Part shown: positions 58,340-64,000 of the stretch, piece by piece
How positions within the stretch are numbered: the first letter of the stretch is position 1
Layout of the letters: each line of letters begins with the position of its first letter
NCBI GenBank assembly: GCA_037444305.1
Contig: JBBIMP010000014.1
Span: 47,316 to 111,315, forward strand
DNA: 64,000 nucleotides
From: Acidobacteriota bacterium
GTDB lineage: Bacteria; Acidobacteriota; UBA6911
Reading direction: 5' to 3'
Made by a program: the position numbers and the translations under genes
Notes under the pieces: model-generated
What the model was told of the DNA's origin: nothing
Database searches by the model: none
Seen by the model: only the letters and a program-made list of their open reading frames with translations

Positions 58340-61300
58340 TTAGTTGAAGTTGTACTTGAGCGTGATCATGATCTTGTACACGTCGGGGAGGCCGGCCGTC
58401 TGCTCGAACGTGCGGTCCATCAGCTTGCCGCTGATCGATCTCAGCCTGTACTGCAGCGCCCCGCTCGCATCAGCCGAGGCGTTGGTCAGTGGGGCGCTGT
58501 TGACCATGCGCTGCCCAACCCCCCAGTTCTTGTTCAGCAGGTTTCCAAAATTCAGAATATCGGCCCTGATGGAGAAGCCATGGCGCTGGCCAAAGAAATC
58601 GGCGAACACATCCTGGGTCACGCTCAAGTCCATCCTCTTTACGAGGGGGAGGAAGACAGCGTTGCGCTGCGCATATTGGCCCCGATGTTTGCTCAGATAC
58701 TTGTCCTGAGCAATGTAGGCGTTCCAGGCTGCAGCCTGCTGATCGGGCGTGAAGGTCACGCCGCTGCTCGTGTACTGCTGGAATCTCATCTCGGACGTGT
58801 TGCGCGGGATGTAGATCAGATCGTTGTTGGAGGTGCTGCCGTCGCCGTTCGCGTCGCCCGAAAAGACATAGCTCGCGTTTCCGATCGTGCGCGCATCCCA
58901 GTAGACCGAAACCGTTGTCGCGCCGAAACCGAGGTAGTTCTTCGTGTACGATGCCGCGATGAAAACCCGGTGCCCCGGCGATGAGGCGGAGTAAGAGATG
59001 GGTACGTTGTTCGGGTTGCCCGATATCGGATTGCTGTTCCACGACCCGAGGGCGATGGACCCGGGATCGATCGTGTTCCGGGTCCTTCCGTAGCTGTAGG
59101 CGGCCTTGAAGTAGAGCCCGTACCTCGTGGTTTTGGCCAAGGTCTGAGCGATGTTCCAGGAGCGCCCGATGTTCTGGTTTTTCATGACAATGGCGTTGGC
59201 CACATGCTGGTTGGCGGGCAACCGGCTGGCTACCTGGCCCGAGGCCACCCAGCGCGGGCGCGTATCCGGGCCGGTGTAGGCCGACTGCGGTGCCGGGAGG
59301 TTGGCGTTGATGTAGTAGATTCCGTTGACGTCGCGGTCGTATATGAGTTCCGTGGTGGAGGTCATGCCCCAGAACAGATCTCTATCGGCCGCGATGTTGC
59401 TTCTCCAGACCTGAGGGAACCGGAAGTTCGGGTCGGTCAGCGCCAGCTCGTAGGTGGCCGCCGGCGCTCCCGTCGGGGCCGTTGTCGGCTTGTACCGGTC
59501 CGGGTTCGGGTTGAACGGCCGCGCCCTGGTGCTGCTGACCGCCTCGAATCCCGTCAGTACGCCCGTATTGCCGATCTGGTTCGAGATCCAGACGTAGGCG
59601 GGCTTGCCCGTGAAAACGCCCATGCCGCCGCGGATCTGCGTCCGGTAATCGCCGGTGACACCCCAGTTGAAGCCGATTCGCGGCGACCAAAGGAATTTCG
59701 GATCGGGAAGTTTCGCCGTCGAGTATTTGACCGTCTGGCCGTTCTCATCGCGGAAGCTCAGCGCGTCCGCGTTCGAGTTGGCATACCCGGTGTCCCCGAA
59801 ATTTGCGACATCGAACCGGATGCCGGCAATCAGCTTGAGGTTGTTCCTGAGGCTCCACTCGTCCTGAGCGTAGGCTCCCGTGTAGAGTACGTCCAGCGGT
59901 TGAACCGGCTTGTCTACGCCGGGCACGTTGATGTAGCGCACCTGGAAGAGCCTTAGCGTGACGGGAGACGTCGTGCGATTCGGATTGGCCAGGTAGTCGT
60001 TGGCGTCCGCGTAGAAATCCTCCAGCCTGTTGTAAACATACACGCTCTGCTTGCCGGGGAAGAACACGTTCTCGGAGTGGTATTTCTCCACGGATACGCC
60101 CAGGGTCAGAGTGTGCTTTTCGCCAAACTTCGTGAAGTTGTTCTGCAGTTGGAAGGTCTTATACCGGAGTTCGTTGTTGGGGGTGAACGGCTCGGATCCG
60201 AACGACGTGTAGGTTGTGTTGTCCCCGGCCAGGATGTCAACCGTCGGGAAGAGCTGGTCGATGGCTCCGCGGCTCTCGTCCTGGTGCGCGTACCCGATAG
60301 TGAGTTCATTGGCCATCGTGTTGCCGATGACCGCGCTCCATTGGCCTACGCCGGACCGGATGTTTTCCAGAATCGAGTAGTTGGAGCCCGAGAAGTTCAT
60401 CGCCAGCAGGCTGGAGCGCCGGTTGCCGTGGCCGAGCGAGGCGGAGTTGGACACCAGCACGTCGGCGCTGGAGTCGAGGTGGGTGTAGCGCAACGCCAGC
60501 TTGTTCTTACTGTTGATGTTGTAGTCAATCTTACCGAGAAACCGCTTGGCTGGAACCTTGAAGTCGTAGGCCTCGTACGTTCCAGGGTCGTATTTGAAGT
60601 TGGTCCTGAGGAAATTGCGGAGCGCGTCAAGATCCGAGGCCAGCACCCTCGTGGTGCTGCCGGCTACCGGTTCCCCACCCTTGTTCGCTCTGAAGGTCGT
60701 GCTGGGCGTGGTGGTGCTCTCATCTTCGTAGCTCTGGAAGAAGAAGAGCTTGTTCTTGATAATCGGGCCGGAGAGCCACTCGCCGATCTCGCCATAGGTG
60801 AAGGTGCCGGGATTTACGGCCAGGTCCTTCGCCTTCTCACCGACCATGCCCTCGTTGCGGAACCGGTAGTAAACGGAGCCACGGAACTGGTTCGTGCCAC
60901 TTCGGGTAACGGTATTGACGGCCGCACCGACGAAGTTGCCCTGCCGCACATCGAAAGGCGCGATGTTGACCTGCACCTGCTCGACGGCGTTCAGCGAGAT
61001 GGGTGCCACACCGGTCCGTCCGCCGGTAACGCCATCTCCCAGGCCGAACGAGTTGTTGAAATACGATCCGTCGACGGTGATGTTGTTCATCCGGCTATCC
61101 CGGCCGGCGAACGACATCCCGCCGCCTGACTGGGGGGTCAAACGCGTGATGGAGTCGAGCCGCCCCGTGATGTTCGGCATTGTCAGATCTTCTCGGCTCA
61201 GGGTTGTAGCCGCACCGGTTCTGTTCGAGGCGAACACCGGGTCCGCGGCCCCGAGGACGACGACCTCCGTGGCGACGGTGATCGGCTGCACGGCAACTTT

Positions 61301-61657
61301 CACATCGGTGGCGACCCCGAGAAACACTGTGATGTTCTCCAGAGTCTGCGGCGTAAACGCGCTCCCGGTTCCCCCATATGAAGCGGTGACGGTGTAGGGT
61401 CCGCCCACGCGCATGTTGGGAATGACGAATCTTCCATCTGCCCGGGTGACGGCCTGGTAGGACGTGCCCGAAGGTTCGTGGATCGCGGTGACGTTTGCAC
61501 CGGGAACGGGCTTCTGCCCGTCCGTCACGATCCCGCTGATGCTACCCGTTGTGATGCTCTGGGCAGAGGCAGGGCCGGTGGGCCACACCACAAAAGAAAC
61601 CAGCAACGCTAGCGCAATGAAAACTACCTGCAATCGAAACCCATTGAGCCATTTCAT
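58340..61657 (-). CDS. TonB-dependent outer-membrane receptor with an N-terminal carboxypeptidase-regulatory-like domain
   Basis: About 1105 aa. It has a signal peptide (MKWLNGFRLQVVFIALALLVSFVV...ASAQ) and a CarboxypepD_reg-like segment (GSISGIVTDGQKPVPGANVTAIHEPSGTSYQAVTRADGRFVIPNMRVGGPYTV). A plug follows (ITVDGSYFNNSFG), then a long beta-barrel. Confidence 0.9.
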   Translation of the reverse strand: MKWLNGFRLQVVFIALALLVSFVVWPTGPASAQSITTGSISGIVTDGQKPVPGANVTAIHEPSGTSYQAVTRADGRFVIPNMRVGGPYTVTASYGGTGSAFTPQTLENITVFLGVATDVKVAVQPITVATEVVVLGAADPVFASNRTGAATTLSREDLTMPNITGRLDSITRLTPQSGGGMSFAGRDSRMNNITVDGSYFNNSFGLGDGVTGGRTGVAPISLNAVEQVQVNIAPFDVRQGNFVGAAVNTVTRSGTNQFRGSVYYRFRNEGMVGEKAKDLAVNPGTFTYGEIGEWLSGPIIKNKLFFFQSYEDESTTTPSTTFRANKGGEPVAGSTTRVLASDLDALRNFLRTNFKYDPGTYEAYDFKVPAKRFLGKIDYNINSKNKLALRYTHLDSSADVLVSNSASLGHGNRRSSLLAMNFSGSNYSILENIRSGVGQWSAVIGNTMANELTIGYAHQDESRGAIDQLFPTVDILAGDNTTYTSFGSEPFTPNNELRYKTFQLQNNFTKFGEKHTLTLGVSVEKYHSENVFFPGKQSVYVYNRLEDFYADANDYLANPNRTTSPVTLRLFQVRYINVPGVDKPVQPLDVLYTGAYAQDEWSLRNNLKLIAGIRFDVANFGDTGYANSNADALSFRDENGQTVKYSTAKLPDPKFLWSPRIGFNWGVTGDYRTQIRGGMGVFTGKPAYVWISNQIGNTGVLTGFEAVSSTRARPFNPNPDRYKPTTAPTGAPAATYELALTDPNFRFPQVWRSNIAADRDLFWGMTSTTELIYDRDVNGIYYINANLPAPQSAYTGPDTRPRWVASGQVASRLPANQHVANAIVMKNQNIGRSWNIAQTLAKTTRYGLYFKAAYSYGRTRNTIDPGSIALGSWNSNPISGNPNNVPISYSASSPGHRVFIAASYTKNYLGFGATTVSVYWDARTIGNASYVFSGDANGDGSTSNNDLIYIPRNTSEMRFQQYTSSGVTFTPDQQAAAWNAYIAQDKYLSKHRGQYAQRNAVFLPLVKRMDLSVTQDVFADFFGQRHGFSIRADILNFGNLLNKNWGVGQRMVNSAPLTNASADASGALQYRLRSISGKLMDRTFEQTAGLPDVYKIMITLKYNFN

Positions 61658-62165
61658 GTTGAGTGCTCCCCCCAAAAAACCGGCGAATCAAGAACGAAGC
61701 GGTTGACATAATAAAGCGTGACCTGCCGTCAAGGACGGGATTCTCACAATCCCTTTTATGGAGAATCGCTTCCTGAGGCCTGGCAAAACTAGCACGAGGG
61801 GAGGGGAGTAGTCTATCGAAATATCCCGCAATTTGGAGGTGCGGATTCCGCTTCGTGAATTTCCAGCCCGGGAACTATTCCATCACCGTCCTGGTCCCCG
61901 ATTCAGCTACGACGAGCAGCGGCGCAATTTCCCCGGCCTGAGCATCTTCTCGAGCCCGAACTACCTGGACACGGTAGCCTGTCCCCCGTAATAAGAGGTA
62001 TAATCCCCCCGTGGTCTGACGAAGATCGCTCCTCCCAGGTGAGCAGGCCAGGAATCGGCCGCGCCATTGCTGCCCGGTTTACGGCTCCCCCCACGCGAAA
62101 TCGCCTCAGATCGGCGGCATAGGTGTGTGCCGACTCACCGGCATCCCACCGGCCGGGAGAGAGCT

Positions 62166-64000
62166 ATGTTCAGGCCTACGATCCGGGGCAGGCTGATTCT
62201 CACCTTCACCCTGGCGATTCTCATCCCTTCCGTGATCGCGGGCACGGTCGGCGTGAAGATGATCCGAGAGCAGGTCTACCTCCAGGCGCAGACCAAGATC
62301 AACTCGGACCTCGAGGGCGCGCGCGAGATCTGGCGCACCAGCCTCGAACGCCTCAAAGATGCCATCCGGATACACGCGACGAGGATGATCCTCTACCGCG
62401 CCCTCGACCGGCGGGAGCGGGACGGCCTCGGAGCCGAGATGGAGCGGATCATCCGCGCCGAGGGGCTGGACATCCTCACCCTCACCGACGTATCGGGGCG
62501 GATTTTCTACCGCACGCGCAATCCGGAGGCGACCGGGGATGACAGGGCGGACGATCCGCTTGTCAGCCGGGTTATATGGGAGCGCGTGCCGGTCTTCGGC
62601 ACGGTCCTGGTGCCGGAAACCGACCTTGCGCTGGAGTCGCCCGACCTGGCGGCCCAGGCACTGATGCTCATCACTCCCACCCCTTATGCCGCCCCATCCA
62701 GAAAAACGAGGGAAACCTCCGGCATGATGCTCAAGGCCGCCGCCCCGGTATTTTCTACGGACGGACGCTTTCTCGGAGTGCTCTACGGAGGCGTGCTCAT
62801 CAACCGCAACTATGAACTCGTCGACAAGATCCGCAGAATCGTCTTCAAGGACGAGCTGTACGATGGCAGGGATGTGGGCACCGTGACCGTCTTCCTGGAT
62901 GATGTCCGGATCTCCACCAACGTGCGCAACGAATCGGGTGCCCGGGCCATCGCCACCAGAGTATCCGCCGAGGTGGCCGAAGAGGTGCTCAACCGGGGAA
63001 ACACGTACCGCGGACGGGCCTTCGTGGTCACCGACTGGTACATCACGGCCTACGAGCCGATCCGGGATACGGCCGACAAAACCATCGGGATGCTCTACGT
63101 GGGCACGCTGGAGCGTCCATTCACCGACAGCCTGGAGCGCATCCTCTACACCTTCCTAGGCATCACGCTGCTCGGTGTAGTGCTGGTGGGAGTGCTCGCT
63201 GTCATCGTGGCGCAGCGCATTTCGCGGCCGCTCCGGATGATGACCCTGGCTGCCAAGCACATCGCGGAAGGGGACTACAGCCCGCGGGTCGAGGTCACCT
63301 CCAGGGATGAAATCGGTTACCTGGCAGAGAGCTTCAACCGGATGGTGCAGGAACTGGCCAAGGCAAACCAGGACCTGCGCGACTGGGCGTCGACGCTGGA
63401 GATAAAGATCGGCGAGCGCACCGAACAGGTGAAGGCCATGCAGCGCCACCTGATGCAGTCGGAGAAACTGGCGGCCATCGGCATGCTCGCAGCCGGGGTG
63501 GCGCACGAAATCAACAATCCGCTCACCGGGATCCTGACCAACAGCAGCCTGCTTGTCCAGGACATTCCGCCCGATGACCCGCGGCGCGAGGACCTGCAGA
63601 CCATCGTGGACGAAACGCTGCGCTGCCGCAAGATAGTCAAGGGGCTCCTCGATTTCGCCCGCCAGACCAAGCCGCAAAAGCAGCTCTTTCAGCTGAACAG
63701 CGCGGCCGAGGACGTCCTCAGCCTCATACGCAACCAGGCCGCCTTCCGCAACATCCGGCTGGCAGCCGAGCTGGATCCCGGATTGCCGCTGGTGACCGCC
63801 GACCGTGACCAGATCCGGCAGGTGATCCTCAACGCCGTCCTGAACGCCGCGGAGGCGATGCCCGGCGGGGGGAGCATAGTCGTCGGCTCACGGCAGGTGC
63901 CCGGCTCCGGGGAGTTGGAGATAAAAATCGCCGACGACGGACCGGGCGTTCCCGAGGAGATCCGCAGCAAGCTCTTCGAGCCGTTCTTCACCACCAAAAG
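62166..64000 (+). CDS. Sensor histidine kinase (double-Cache periplasmic sensor, HAMP, HisKA, HATPase_c), 3' end outside the window
   Basis: My own translation from ATG 62166 is open to the window end: MFRPTIRGRLILTFTLAILIPSVIAG (TM1). The Cache-like segment reads VFLDDVRISTNVRNESGARAIATRVS...YRGRAFVVTDWYITAYEPI...IGMLYVGT. HAMP reads RPLRMMTLAAKHIAEGDY, the H-box GVAHEINNPL and the N-box NAVLNAAEAM. It is not in the ORF track because it has no stop. Confidence 0.9.
   Translation, partial: MFRPTIRGRLILTFTLAILIPSVIAGTVGVKMIREQVYLQAQTKINSDLEGAREIWRTSLERLKDAIRIHATRMILYRALDRRERDGLGAEMERIIRAEGLDILTLTDVSGRIFYRTRNPEATGDDRADDPLVSRVIWERVPVFGTVLVPETDLALESPDLAAQALMLITPTPYAAPSRKTRETSGMMLKAAAPVFSTDGRFLGVLYGGVLINRNYELVDKIRRIVFKDELYDGRDVGTVTVFLDDVRISTNVRNESGARAIATRVSAEVAEEVLNRGNTYRGRAFVVTDWYITAYEPIRDTADKTIGMLYVGTLERPFTDSLERILYTFLGITLLGVVLVGVLAVIVAQRISRPLRMMTLAAKHIAEGDYSPRVEVTSRDEIGYLAESFNRMVQELAKANQDLRDWASTLEIKIGERTEQVKAMQRHLMQSEKLAAIGMLAAGVAHEINNPLTGILTNSSLLVQDIPPDDPRREDLQTIVDETLRCRKIVKGLLDFARQTKPQKQLFQLNSAAEDVLSLIRNQAAFRNIRLAAELDPGLPLVTADRDQIRQVILNAVLNAAEAMPGGGSIVVGSRQVPGSGELEIKIADDGPGVPEEIRSKLFEPFFTTK

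Overview
This is a GC-rich bacterial chromosomal segment (about two-thirds G+C by eye, not computed). The phylum is probably Acidobacteriota, based on a VWFA-type secreted protein with the acidobacterial N-terminal pattern and a CarboxypepD_reg-type TonB-dependent receptor; this is inference only. Positions 1-45,000 are mostly conserved housekeeping genes:
- the promoter-proximal part of the dcw cluster on the minus strand (mraZ-rsmH-ftsL-ftsI-murE-murF'), with a clear promoter and a 10-bp-phased MraZ-type operator
- ychF
- a bamA / SurA_N-like / tamB envelope operon
- an OmpR/CusS-like two-component pair
- rplU-rpmA-(terminator)-obg-nadD-rsfS-rlmH-dksA-like-comF
- queA, yihY and folE
- an F1Fo ATP synthase operon lacking a/c (b'-b-delta-alpha-gamma-beta-epsilon)
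- tRNA-Gln(CUG) next to glnS
- a decayed gamma-glutamyltransferase gene, a MauE/DsbA-like pair, an M23 peptidase, and a Tat-signal PLP enzyme next to creD

Positions 45,100-55,700 look accessory and partly decayed. They hold a PIN toxin with an overlapping downstream small ORF, a secreted hypothetical protein, two tightly coupled small genes of unknown function, a frameshifted IS91-family transposase relic, and katG. They also hold an XPB/Rad25-like helicase translationally coupled to a DUF790 (Bax1-like) nuclease with its own terminator. Beyond that lie a Phd/YefM antitoxin fused out of frame to a truncated GltD-like oxidoreductase, an orphan TorD-like chaperone, and a cluster of GC-rich hairpin repeats. 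The window ends with a Cys-rich Fe-S protein, a VWA protein, a TonB-dependent receptor and a partial double-Cache histidine kinase.

The best candidates for an under-described system are the helicase-DUF790 nuclease operon and the two-gene small-protein cassette at 46.76-47.26 kb. I saw no CRISPR array, rRNA, integrase or prophage. All family assignments come from reading the translations and recognising motifs; no database search was run.
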